This document shows positions 11,353 through 24,681 of a DNA stretch of 64,000 bases, piece after piece (position 1 is the stretch's first letter; each line of letters opens with the position of its first letter). The position numbers and the translations under genes are program-made. The stretch comes from Rhynchobatus australiae (taxonomy: Eukaryota), in assembly GCA_034780895.1 (NCBI GenBank), contig JAUZTB010000001.1:110255570-110319569 (forward strand), in the 5' to 3' direction. The notes beneath the pieces were generated by a model. It saw nothing but the letters and a program-made list of their open reading frames with translations, made no database searches and had not been told where the DNA came from.

Positions 11353-14300
11353 GTCATCATTAATATTTAGGCTATATAGAACCCAACATGTGGCACATCA
11401 AGGCATTAAAATCCATTGTATGTCAGCAAGAGTCCGGCATACTGATTATGATTAGATCTTATTTCCAAGTTCATGTGTAACCATTTTCCATAATTAAAAA
11501 AAACACATTTGATTTCACCATTATCCCCATTATATTTAGTGATGTTTCAAATTTAGGAAATCTTTCAACAAGAAATATCATTATTACCTCAAAGTTTGCA
11601 GCATCATGCAGGACAATCACTTACTAACATAGAATTATTTTGTAATCACAGCACAATAACAGGCCATTTGCCCAAATGGTTTGTGAATGAGTTTATCCTC
11701 CACATGAGCAGAAATGTTAACCCCATGTGCCATGGTCATCTGGTGGACTACAAGCATAGATTAGTTATCAATAGGATCACTCACGGGGACACGAGTGATC
11801 ATAATGGTGAAGTACTTGCCAATTTCATCACATTAATAGGAACTTGTTGCCCTTTAACCCTTTGTTTTTTCAAGGAGCCAGATGCTTCAATTAAAATTTA
11901 CAACTTTTGAATATAATGAGTTCTGTTAAAAACTAGGCATTAACAGAACAGCTTTAATACATTCTATACCATTTCTATCATGCTTTTACTAAATCTAAAC
12001 ATGAATTTATAATATAAATATTCACATATTGTCAATGTTTTATGTACAACTACAATTAAGAATACTTTGGCTTTTAATGAATGTTATATTTCACTGTTTA
12101 AATAATACTTTTAAAAGAAATGTATAAAAAGTTGGTCATTAATAATCAATGTCATTATAATGGTGTTTGAAGTTAATGAGGAAAATGTTTTTCCAGTAAT
12201 GAAACAAATGAACCTCAAAAACAACAAGAATAAAGGACCATCGTAATGAGCTTATTTTTATTGCTCTACAACCATGATCTCTCTGCTTATTCAACTTGCA
12301 ATTAAAAACAAAGGTGTCCCTTTGAATAAAAGAAAACATGGCTCTTTAATGATAATGTTTAGCTGAAAGCAAAGCATAAAATTTTGGATTGTGTTTGAAA
12401 ATTACTCTATGAAGTTATTTTGATGACTTTAAGAAGCAAAGATATGATTTGCATCCATCTACTTTCCACACATTTTTTGTTCTTCTACCTATGAGAAAAA
12501 TTAAAATATTTCACAGTAAATGATATAGGAACTTAACAATCCACAAGCAATAAATTTCTTGATAATGAAATTACGGAATGTGTCCATATTCAGTTTTGGT
12601 TATGAGCATATATAAGATTATTCTAGCCTAAATTTAAATATTAATGAATATATTAACAAATTAACAGGACTCAACTTTTCAGCTCTATCAACAGATTCTT
12701 TTTATTGCTCAAGAAATAATAAATATTCCTTTGTAGAAGCAGCAATTAATCAATCACGGGAAAGGCCGCATTAACTGGGCCCAATTCCTATCACTGCCTA
12801 ATGTGCATAGAGCCACGTCAGGCTTCAGTTCAACTCTGGTAATGTACAAAGTTAGAGGATAGCCTGAAGATCAAGGGAGAAAATTGAGCAGAATATCCCC
12901 AAACTATTTAGTTTCAAAAACTAATACCCAAATTGAAGCTACAGCCTTACACCATTGATTATGCAGCATTGTAAATTTATGTTGAATTGTTCCAGTTGGC
13001 ATTTCAAAGGTGAGCATTTTGAATGTATATAGACGCTTTTTATTTTTACAGTTTTAAATTCCTCAGTAGTACTATGGTAATAAGAGAATTATTTGACTTG
13101 GAATAATACTTAGCAGCCAACTGCAATTTTGCATTAAGTCCTCTGTAAACAAACTGCAGAAATAGATGAATCATTGTTTCCTTTACATCTCTGCAATAAG
13201 TTAATGTCGTTTTATAAATTACAGTAGCAGCAGTTACAATTGTAAGCATACTGAAAAGGTTTGTAATCCTGAATGAACAGAATGGTTGTCACCTACAAGA
13301 TCTGTGGTTTGCTGTATAGGCATCTATGTCTGAAATCCTGCCTAATGAAATTTATTTGCTCAAAGGTTTAATGAGAGATGTCACCACCAGGGATAGGCTT
13401 TTTCCTCCTCTGTTTACTTTGAAGGAAGCTAGGGATTTCAGAAAATCCAAACCAAACTGAACCATAGTCAATATGAGACAATGTTACCTTTCACAAGAGG
13501 ATCCATTATGCAGTATTTTTAGCTAACTACTCAAGGATTTTATTTTAGCAAAAGAAATGAGCAGAGATAAAGTTCTATTTAAATGTGCATTGTATTTTAT
13601 TTTGTGTTAACAATTCTCCTAATGAAAATCTTCATAATACCTGCCACCAAAATCTTTACAGCTGCTCACTCCTAAATAAGTGAAAGATTTTTTTTAAATA
13701 GCATATCATTTCAGAAGCTGGAGCAAGACTTTTATTCCACATGCAGAGAATGTAACCTTGACTTGTCAATATACAGCTGCTGCATTTAGAAAGTGTAGCT
13801 AATGGTCTGATGAACTAATTGTTTTTGGAGCTGGTTTCTTATGAGTTAGCCAGTTTCTCCCTTTAATTTGTCCATTGATTAACCTATTGAAATGTTAAGT
13901 GAGTCGGCTTCCTCCTAGAGCAAACAGTAACGACAGACCACATTGGCTTCATTAGTTGGAAGGAGCACTCATTTGCTCGACTAAATGTGCTGGTATTTTC
14001 AACACCTCCCTGAGCTTTTAATTAGATGAGCCAATTCCAAATGTATTTGTCTGCAGGAAAGGTTATCAGTCCTGCAGCTGACCTACAGAGGCTAGAATGA
14101 GGCAGGCAGCTATAATAGAAAGGATTTTTTTTCACTACGACTGCTGTACTTGATTGTATTGTAATGATAATGGAGTTGAGGCCTTGCTTTCCTCTGTGTT
14201 TTTGTTGCAGTAACTATGCAATCAGGTGCTTCCTCTGTCATCTATATGCACTCATTAAGCACTCATTTGGCTGTAATCTGCATGCAAATAGTCAAGTGTT

Positions 14301-15177
14301 TCTTCAGGCTAATACTACACCATGTGGATTTGTGGTGCCATCAAGCAGTTGTAAAGAAGGTAGCCCCCAGCTAATGGGGGAGGTGGGGAGGTTTATGCTA
14401 AGAAAATTGAACCTGTCAACAGAATTTAGCACCTCCATTGTGGAAAGCCCCTTCTGGGGTTTCCTTACTCAAGAGACCAACTGGTTATCAGGGAAAACAA
14501 CACACTAAGCATCAATAATCACAGTTCAGTCCACAGAAAAGCCTTCAGGTGAGAACATTAGTGAAGACTACTGGAAGTGAAAACTGATGGTTTAATTAAT
14601 TTGGCAGGAGCAACATTAAAGCCAAAAATTTTAAATAGAGAGAAAAAAATAGATAGCAAGTGAGAAAACAGCAGGTATTAACTGTCTTGTTTTTAAATGA
14701 TGCCTCATTATTGTACAAATTAGCACAAATTAGCAAATCAAGAAGCATTTAGGATTACATTTATCTTACTGGGCTCAAACTACTGGTGTCCTCTGATAGT
14801 TAAGAAAGAGCAAACACAATGCCAGAGAATATACAGATGAGAAAGTTGGGTAACTGGGGTATTTTCACTAGGGTAGTGAGAGGAAAACAAGGACTAGTAT
14901 GCTGGGGTGTTAGCACATTGAGTTTTTAACTAGATCTGGGCTGTATTCCAATCATCTCACCAATCTGCTTTTTGACTCTTTCACGAGAAATAGTTGTCAG
15001 CTTTGGCTGTCAAGGGAGGACAACTATCCAATAAATGGTTGGCAATTTGGGGTTGCTGATAAGGGAAAGAACAAGCTGAGAGAGAAAAAAAATCTGAAGG
15101 GGAGGTAAAGTTACATAGGGTAAACAATGGAGAAAGGGAATGTAACAATATCTAACAAGAAAGAGTGTGATGAATGG

Positions 15178-15445
15178 AGACAAAAGAGACTGCAGGTGCT
15201 GGAATCTGGAGCAACACACAAAATGCTGGAGGAGCTCAGCGGATCAGGCAGCATCTACGGAGGGAAATGGATGTTTTGGGTCGAGACCCTTCATCTGGAC
15301 TGGAAAGAATATGCTTGCATACTAGTTATCTCTCCTCTTTCTTTCCAGTATAGATGAAGGGTCTTGACCTGAAATGTTGACTGTCTATTTCCCGCCACAG
15401 GTTCTGCCTGACCCATTGAGTTCCTCCAGCATTTTGTGTGTTGCT
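15178..15445. mobile_element. Penelope pLTR-derived fold-back element with two decayed hammerhead motifs
   Basis: Arm 15210-15308 is an imperfect inverted repeat of arm 15340-15445. The arms contain CAGATGA-AGGGTCTCGACCC-AAAAC (- strand) and TAGATGA-AGGGTCTTGACCT-GAAAT-GTT (+ strand). Confidence 0.8.
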
Positions 15446-18180
15446 GGGCTATGATAAGTGTTCATTTTCTACAATGTTGAAGGGTGCCCCCTGGAACTCA
15501 CCACCAGACAATGCTGCACCCCTCATAGTTTAGATGGTAGTGGAGAGAGGGGGCAAAAGAATGACTAAAAAACATGCAGTGCAGTGGGGAGGGAATAGAA
15601 ATAAATGTAAGCTTGACTGATCTGAGAGACATAGTGGTTTATTAGGAATATGTTATTAATTCTGGGGAGATGGGGTAACTAACATAATAGAATTATTACC
15701 CATTTTTAAAAGGGGGACCTTCTCTCTCAGCATTGTGCTTAGTTGCTCCAAGCATTAGTAATGAATTTCAAGATTTTGATTCAGCACTGATGAAGGATTG
15801 ACAAATATACATGAAGTCAGGCTGGGGTAGGTGGCATGAGGCTGCCGGTGCTCCAATATTTGCTCCAATATATCATCTTATACCAGCAGATGATATGTTT
15901 TTGTTTTGAACATTTTACTCTGTTAGAACTACTTTATAAATACATGTAGTTGTTGAAGACAATTGCATTGATAAGTGCAGTTGAATAAATTTAGGTCACT
16001 ATGTAGCTGGTACCTACTGCAGATGCAATGTTTAAATTATGGATGGTTCATCGTCGGCACATTGCAACAGCAGAGATGCCGAAGAAGGAGAAGTCTTTCT
16101 GAAATATTTTCAAGTAATTGCAACCAACTACTATGAAGGCAATGGTTGATGTTAGGTAGTCTAACCTAATTTATATTATAATTTTCCCAACACAATGGAG
16201 GACATTGTTCTTCACAGGCAAGTCAATGGTAATACTATTGTTCATATTTATGTCAATAATTGCTTTCTTTGTGGTCTTTATTGGTTTCATCATTGGATTC
16301 ATAGTAGCTGATTGTTAAACTGTAAAACATTCAAGTGCAATAGTTTTACACAATGTTTTTAGTAATATCAGCCCTGATCTAAAACCTAATAGGTATACAG
16401 TTTATGAGCAGCTTTCTGCTTTCTCACAGATGTTTAAAAATTAAATGCATTGAAGTGGTGACTGAATGACACAAGCTAAACAATAGCTCATAACATTATG
16501 CAAGAGTATTTACATTGGAATAAGGGCTTGCTGAATGGGTGGGGGTAGTCAATAGTCAGGCACTACGAATATAACGAAAGTCTGTCCAAACTCCATTTCA
16601 ATAAAAGCTTCTGTACAGAAGCAGAGCAGCTCATGGGGGTTGACAAACAGATTAGCTCAGGAATTTTACTTTTCTGAGAAAAGTGACTTAACACAATTGA
16701 AAAGATAAAACTAGAATCTGTAGCTCTATGGAAAGAACTTCCAAATTAAAGTTTAAGATGAATAGGTATTCTTTTTTTCCCCCAATGTAACTTATAGCAC
16801 AGTGAAGTGCACAATTTGGAACAAGGGATTGTTTTAAAAAGTGAAGGGTTTAAAGTCCTTCACAAAATATTTAAGTCACATATGAAATAAATGTCATTTA
16901 AGTTCTGGATTTGGAAGATNNNNNNNNNNCATCAAATGTTTCACTTTAGCTAACTCAAGGCGTCTTTGCACCACAGCCATCAAACAGTTCACTCTAAAAT
17001 TGACTTGGGATGGCCTCCACTAATGCAGCCACCCAAAGTATTTCCTTAATGCTGTGTAGACAGTTCAAATGCCTGGCAGTATTCCGTCAGAAGCTTGTTG
17101 GTTTCTCTTTCTTCCACACAATATTAGAAGCCTTACACCAGGGGTTTTACATTAACTTAATTTGACCCTTGAGCATGCCCAAAGTAGTTTTGAGAGAATA
17201 AAGTAAATACTGTACCTGCTAAAATGTTAGCATCGTTTTCCCTCTCCATATATCTCTACTATGTTCACAGTAACAAAGAAGCGTTAATGCAGTTTGCACC
17301 AAAATGTCCAACTGTTACACTGCAAAAGGGAATGCAATGTGTTCAAATTGATACCTAGTTTTACAGAAATATTGCAGAAGTCTGTCCATTTGCCCAGAAA
17401 CATCAAGCAGCTGTTTGCAAAAAGAAGCAGTTGACCTCTTTCTCGGGTCAACATTTGAAGATGAAGGCCAGCCAACTGGATTTAAGAGATAAGTTCATTC
17501 CAGTAACATTGCCGTTCACCCCTAAGATCAGCTGACGCCAAGGGTTCAAAAGCTCCATTTTGTTTTGTTTTAATCCNNNNNNNNNNNNNNNNNNNNNNNN
17601 NNNNNNNNNNNNNNNNNNNNNNNNNNNNNNNNNNNNNNNNNNNNNNNNNNNNNNNNNNNNNNNNNNNNNNNNNNNNTTTTGTTTTGTTTTAATCCGCTGA
17701 AATAAATATGTATTAAAGAATGTTTAAAGATAATGCAGTTGATTAATCTAGATAGGTAAATGAGGCCACACAGCATCTTTCTAAAGATGTGTCCTGGCTT
17801 CCTTCAGTACAAAAGAACTGAAGCCAACAGCTCATAACCTGAAAAGGCTGGAGAAATCGATGCTTCATTCAAGGCAATTGATCAGCTCCAAATTAATTAG
17901 ACTTTAAGGCTTATGGTCGTTGATAAGATAACTTGTTAATTTTGCCATCAATAGCATTTCCCCTTAAGCAGCAAATACCCTCTTGTTGGAAAAAAAACAC
18001 CTGTGGCAGCGAGGGTGAAAAGGATCAGTGCTGACCTCTTTTCATCTCCCAGGATTTAACTGAATGTGAGGCTTTGATGACAACAGTCGTTTAAAACGTA
18101 TTGTCTCAATTGCAAAAATGAGGCAACTCAGAAGGCGCCATGTACCCCTGCTGGCTTGATGGCAAAAAGGGGAAAACAAT

Positions 18181-18289
18181 GCGTGTGTTTATGTGTGTGT
18201 GTGTGCGTGTGTGTGTGTGTGCGCGCGCGCACGCGTGTACGTGGCGTGTGTGTGTGTTTGTGCGCGCGCGCTTGTGTGTGTGCATATGC
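18181..18289. repeat. Compound (TG)n/(CG)n purine-pyrimidine alternating microsatellite
   Basis: Directly visible, e.g. GTGTGTGTGTGCGCGCGCGCACGCGTGT. Confidence 0.95.
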
Positions 18290-19984
18290 ACCCCCAGCTG
18301 ATCCTGGGGCAGTAGCCTAGTCTCAGCAGCACTCCAGCACTGTGAGAATGCTGATAAACCAGTGAAGACCACAGGCTTTCCTGCTGGCATCCATGGGGCT
18401 GTTGAACACCACATGGGGTTCACAAAATAAAAGAGGCCTAATTGAGAATTTCTTTTTGCACATTTTGCCTGCTAAGTTTCTTTCCCACTTGATCCATCGG
18501 CTGAGTGTGTTGTGCTAACAGCAGGGGTCAGAATGCTTGGCACTACTTTGGCTAACGTTTTCCATTGGATGTAACATTGCCTTTCAAAGCATGAGAACAA
18601 TTTTTAATTTTGAGCTTTAATTATAATGCCGGAGAATGGTGCTTATTAAAACTCCTGAGTAGAAGGGCGTCAGTTGTATATCTACCCGGAATGACTGGCA
18701 GCATTCGTAGGAATTAAGCCTGTGGTCCATTCTGCTGTATGATTATTATATTTGGGGGCTGACATTTTTGTGCCTGCAGGTGACACATTGATGAAAACTA
18801 AAATTAATAAATCAACAGCAAGCCTCACACCTACAGTTCACAGTGGGAATTCCAAAACAAGTATAAAAAGGGAGCTTTATTTGTGCTTAGTATAAAATCA
18901 CATTACAAAAGCACTTGTCAGAATTTTCTGACAAGTTTTAACAGTTTATCTTAATACATATTTTTAACCTCTTGAGAGCTTTTGTTAATTAACAAGCTGC
19001 ATGAGGTTCTAGCAGGTGATTTTGTCATTAATCTCTCATCCACCACTCAGCTTATTAATTAGTTGAAGAGTACTGCTTTAGATTTGACCCTCTCTCTCTA
19101 ACAAGAAATCAATTCAGTGGGTGAACATTCAATATATTCAATTGAAGAGGTGGCAGTCATTGACATTGGCCCCAGAGCTAAAGATGGCACTTAGAATAGG
19201 CAATTTNNNNNNNNNNAAACTTTGAAACGTAGTGGTCCCACCGTACTTCCACATAATATGTTACATAGGTGACTCATGTCTAAGTTTTACTGGAACCAGC
19301 AGCAGCTTTTGAAAGCCAGTCATGGAGGAATGCTTGGAATTGAAGGTTTCTGGTAAGCTTACAATAAAGTGTTTAATACATTTATTTCAAACTGACCATA
19401 GTTTCCCTAATGCCATATCATACAAAGGCAATCAGCTGGTGTAGCAAAGAGTATACACAGGAGTGATTAGCAAATATAACACTCAAAAATAACAGATTCA
19501 AAATTCAGCCAATTGGGTGACTAAAATAAACAAAGGAGTAACATTTTGCATTAGAGTGAATCTAGTTTTTTTGCAGCATCTTTAAAATCTCTGTTATGTG
19601 TCTTCTCATGTTAATTCACTTTATATTCCATGACCTCTGACATACCAAAGATTATTTACGGTCCCTCTATAAACAAAGAAGTCATGTAGCCTTTTTGTTA
19701 CATTGTTTTAAATTTTCCTTCAAATGGCTCCCAAAGTCATTTTTTTTTCTGAAAGATCTGCTGCAACACTTGGTTATTGGCAATGTACTGAGGTAGAATG
19801 TGATTTGGAGAAAATAATGTCCGTTATGAACTGTAGAAGGCACAGAGTGAGTGATGGCAACAGTAGCATGCAGTATGCTGCACACCTAGTACAACATGGG
19901 TACATACCACTTAATCAAGACTTGGAGAAAATTTAAGGCAATGACTCAGCTTTGGCCACCAACTGGTAATTTTGACGCAATGAA

Positions 19985-20165
19985 AAATGGAAATCACTCA
20001 TGGACTTAGCAAGTCGGGCAGCATCCATGGAGATATGAACAGAATTAACATCTTATATCATTGACCTGAAATGTTAGCTTTGTTTCTGTCTCCACAAATA
20101 CTGCCTGCTGAGTATTTCCAGCATTTTCCATTTTTATTTCAGATTTCAGGAATTTTTTGCTTTTT
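19985..20165. mobile_element. Short palindromic Penelope pLTR-derived repeat
   Basis: Left arm CTTAGCAAGTCGGGCAGCATCCATGGAGA..ACAGAATTAACAT versus right arm GACCTGAAATGTTAGCTTTGTTTCTGTCTCCACA..TGCCTGCTGAGTATTTCCAGCATTTT. Confidence 0.6.
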
Positions 20166-23100
20166 GATGATTTTGACTGGTTGGATTCTGGGCAGCTCTT
20201 CTTGGTTTGGATGGGAGCACTGCATTGTGCCCACTCAACTTCTCAGCCAGGGAGGCTAAATAGTATTAGAAGATCAAACAAGGAGAAAGGGAGGAAATCT
20301 GCTAAGAAGGTAGGGTTGTGGAAAGGCATAGAAATATGTAGACATATTAGATGATTACATGTCAGAATAGGGGTGGAATATTTTGCACCCAATTACTTAT
20401 AGTGCAGAATAATGTATAGAAAGGTTATGTATTCATTTGCTTTTCAATTATCACCACACAAAGCCAGAATTAAAGAAAGGGTCATGTTAATCTTCACAGG
20501 TGTCTATTTCAAACTAACCAGAGATTCAATTTTCTTTTCATTGTAAATGTTTCTATATTTTTAGGTCTTGATTTTGTAATTACTGTGTTTTACTTTTGTG
20601 AGTTCCTTTATCAGTTATTTCTGAAGAGTGCAACGATGGATTTGCGAAGTGCAACTGCAGATGTAACACATTTCTTCATATTTTCATCTTCTTCATGTGA
20701 ACGAGAACAAAATACTATTGTGGAGAGAATGAATCTTGCAGGTTCCTGGTACCCTTTGCAACTGATGTACTGTACAAATATATGCTTTCTGTTGCTTTTT
20801 CTACCCAAACAGCCTTGAACCACTTAAAGTAATTAAATGAACCCTTAGCACTTGTCATTTTCCCTTTTCACTATGTTGCAAAATCAGATTATGTTCTTCA
20901 TACATATGCAGGGTCTTGGCTCTTGCCGCTCTTTCTAATGAGCTCTTACTTAATCAACAGGACAATGTCCTCCTTTTCCTTTTGTCCGCACCCGTAGGAA
21001 AAGCTGGTGGTGAAAAGCGTGAACAGAGGCAGCATTTCTTGCCAAAATATTAAAGTATGCTTTAGATGAATCCTGGTTGGTCATGCATTGTTCCTTAGAA
21101 ATGTGTAAAACAAATTGGATTAATGGTATTCACTTAAGCAGCAAATTGTGAATAGCAATTAAGCTGACAGAAGTTAAAGCTGCATGCATGCTGATTATTG
21201 AACATTAGTTCATACTTTCAACAACTTGTGTTTAAGGTGTTTTCTGTAACACAATGGCTAATTGATTGAATTTTAATTATCAAGTGTTTTAACCTTCAGC
21301 AGTATATCAATTTTGAGACTTCACAACTTCTTAGGCCTGTATCAGAGCACAGATAAGGTACATATCCTTTATGTCATAGGCAGCATTGTTTTACCAATCA
21401 TCAGCAATGTTTTGGTCATTTTAGAATGTAGGTCAGAGCTAAAGGATTAATGATAGCATTGCCTTTTCTCTGTATCAGAGCACATTTGTTGTAATTAATC
21501 AGGACATTGGGTTGTATGCAGAAGGTCAGGTCATTTGCTTAGGAGCAGTCTGGATTTTGAACAAAAGCAGCTGCATATGTCCCTCAGTGCCTTTTTAGAG
21601 CCACCAGTTGAACTGGTCAGATGCGCTCAGCTGCAGGCTTTTGCCATGGGCGATAGTTTCCTTCAGTATGTCGCTGCATGAGTTTGAACCTGCTGCACTA
21701 AAGCCGATGTGACTGATGTTACACTGTCTTAGGGAAAGAACAGGGCTCCATGTGTCAGGCAAAGCTGGATTTAGGGGAATTATAGCAAGATCCTTTCATC
21801 CCTCTGTTAGGTGGAAGCTCTGTGATGGGCATTTTGATAGTGCAGATATCAAGGTACAGGCTGGTAAAATGATACCTCACCTTTTTTTGTGTGTTTATGC
21901 TCTATGTCAGCAAGACTGTGCACATGGGATTTGATTTCAACCCTAAATTTACTCACATAAACAAAATGAATTGATAAATAAATGATGGTTTGACACCTAT
22001 TTAGTAAATTGACAATTTGACACCAGAATCAAGATTCTAAGCTTCCTGGTCGTTGTTCTTCACTTTTCTGTTTCTTTGGCGATATATGCATAAATGTTTT
22101 NNNNNNNNNNNNNTTACCATCATCAGCCTGTGACACCAGTAACAGCATGAAGTCACATTGGGTCCAAACAACTTCTCACCCTTCTATTCTTCATAATATG
22201 GAAGTGGAAGGTATTCAAGGACTCTGTTCATTAGAAATTGAACTCTTCCCTTCTCTTTCAAATTTTTACTGACATGTTTTCCATCTCCAGCACTTCCTAA
22301 TGATTATTTTTTGGGTACAGTCTGAAGCTGTGACATTGGAATCTTCTGGTTGACCTTAAGAATACCAGCATAATGTAACAGATTGAATCTGACTGAACAG
22401 TGCTTGGATGTGCTTTTTCACTTGTCTTTCTGTGGATGCTGTTAATATTTGTAAGTTATAGGAGATGTGGGCAATATTTTTTAAAGTGAACACTTGATTT
22501 TACACTACAATTTGCACTTTATTTTAACTATTTATATTTCACCTTGTCTTCTAAGTAGTTCTGGGATGATACTGTGCATCAGCCTCCAATTTTATATCTT
22601 GGTTGATTTCCTTTTCCAAACTTTTTTTTAGTGGTAGGTACACAATTCCTTACGGAACCTCCTAGACCTAGTCACATCCCAACAATTCTTTCTGAGGGAA
22701 ATTCTAAATTGTCTGGAACTTGCTTTATGAAGGGTCAAGGTTATGACACATTCCATATAATTCCAAGTTCCTTGTTTTCCTTTGCCACAAAGTTTTAATA
22801 TCGGTGGAAGAAGTGGACACCCATGCTCTGCCCATGGATACTTGGTGGACCAATGGTCTTTAAAGGGATAGTTGTATGTTGCTCTCAAACATGGAATAGT
22901 TGAGACACTATCCTGGTGTCATGTGGATTCCGAATTCTCCTGACCCCACCAAATTTTTCCACCAACCCCTGCAATTGTTGCTCTCCCGCAACTTCCAATA
23001 TCCAGGTCGAACATTCCAATTTTAAGATGCAGTTAGTTATAAATCTACAGTAACATATTCTATGAAGCCTCCAATTTTTAATCCACGTACAGCATAGGAT

Positions 23101-24214
23101 AAAAGATGCTATTTACCAAAGATGCTTCTCAATCCTTTTGCAAATTCAGAGTTTGCTACAGTGAAGAGAGGCCGGAGTGAGTTAATGGTTAGGCCTCAAT
23201 TAAATGAGGTTGAGGAGCTGTGAACACACACAGGCTGCCTACAGCTCCCCGAACACACTGGAAGTTGGAGGTTGAGGGACAGAAACAATTGCAAGGGATT
23301 GCACAAAAGGATCGACAGCATGTTACAAAGGATCCAGTATAAAGTACACATAAAATGGACTGTAGTATATCTTAAGTAATATGCTAGCAGGTCTGGACTT
23401 CATGGCTTGTTTAAAGCCTATGATACCCAAATAGTGTTTAGGGGCACGCACAGCACTCCAAGCAGGTAATTGCTTCATTTCCCCTCCTCCCATGTTCAAC
23501 TCTCTAGCTTCAATTACCCTGCAAGACTTTGTCTAAAATCCCTCTTTTCTACACACTCCAATCAAGCTGTGATTAATACTACTTCAGTTTCTCTCCATCT
23601 CCCACTGAGAGAGAAAGGCAATACCGAGACTCCCATTCTTTTCTTGCTTCAAAACCTTTATAGGTTACAGGGCAATTTAATAATGTCGCTGATGTGATAG
23701 TGCTGACTAGTAATGGTTTTTGGGGGAGGGACAACATTGTCAACCACAAGTAGAGGTTACCTGAAGTTGGGAAGGAGTGCCAGCAAATCTGAGGTGCAGA
23801 AAAAAGAGAATTTGGGACAAAGATAACCAAAGAATCCAAACTGTGTATGCAGAAAAATTAAAAGCCAAAGCAGGGGGATGAAGTTAAATCCAAACAATTA
23901 GCCTTCAGGTGAGCTCGACTCATTTTGCTTGCTTAAATATATCTTCCTATGTGCTGGTTGATTAGTAATAAACCAGTGCTGGTGACTCAATTTTTGAAAT
24001 TCCACCAATCAATTAAATCCCATTATTCAAACAAAACTGTGAGATTTAAGCATAAGTGCTCCACTATGTTCTCCTTAACCATCACTCCCATTGACTTTTC
24101 AAATTATTTGACTGTTTAAATAGGAGTTTCCTTTTGGAAATCTATATGGCTTTTAAAACTATAATCTCTGTTTCAACATATTGGTTACCTTATTCTGGTC
24201 CTCTCTTCCATCTC

Positions 24215-24681
24215 TACCAACATACCACCCTTCTCATGACACCCTCTATGCAACCTCAGGGGATGCAACAGCTACCATTTAACCCCCTCCCTCCCATCAG
24301 CCAGGGTCCCAAATGAAGCAGCAATTTAATTCTACTTCTTCCAATTTGGCATTCTACATTTAATGATCATGATGTGGTCTCCTCTACTTTGGGCAACCGA
24401 AATGCAGATTGGGTGATGACTTTACAGAACATTTCCATTCAGTTCACAAGAACAACTTTCAACTTGCCACTTTAATTCTCCATCCCATTCCCATAATGAC
24501 GTCTTCATATTTGTCCTCCTATGCAGTTCCAATGAAGCTCCAAGAACAGCAGAACATCTTCTGACAAAGCACATTACAGCCTTCAGGACTCAACACCAAA
24601 TTCAGCAATTTCAGATAATTGGTCTTGTACCTCATGTTCCCACAATTTGTCTTCTTTGTTCTCCTAGTATTTCAGCTTCCA
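24215..24681 (+). mobile_element. Penelope-like element, decayed GIY-YIG endonuclease region
   Basis: Translates to QMKQQFNSTSSNLAFYI**S*CGLLYFGQPKCRLGDDFTEHFHSVHK ... HFNSPSHSH ... TLQPSGLNTKFSNFR*. This matches the PLE pattern N(L/V)VYxIxCxxCxxxYIGETxRxLxxRxxEH...PxGLN. Confidence 0.85.
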
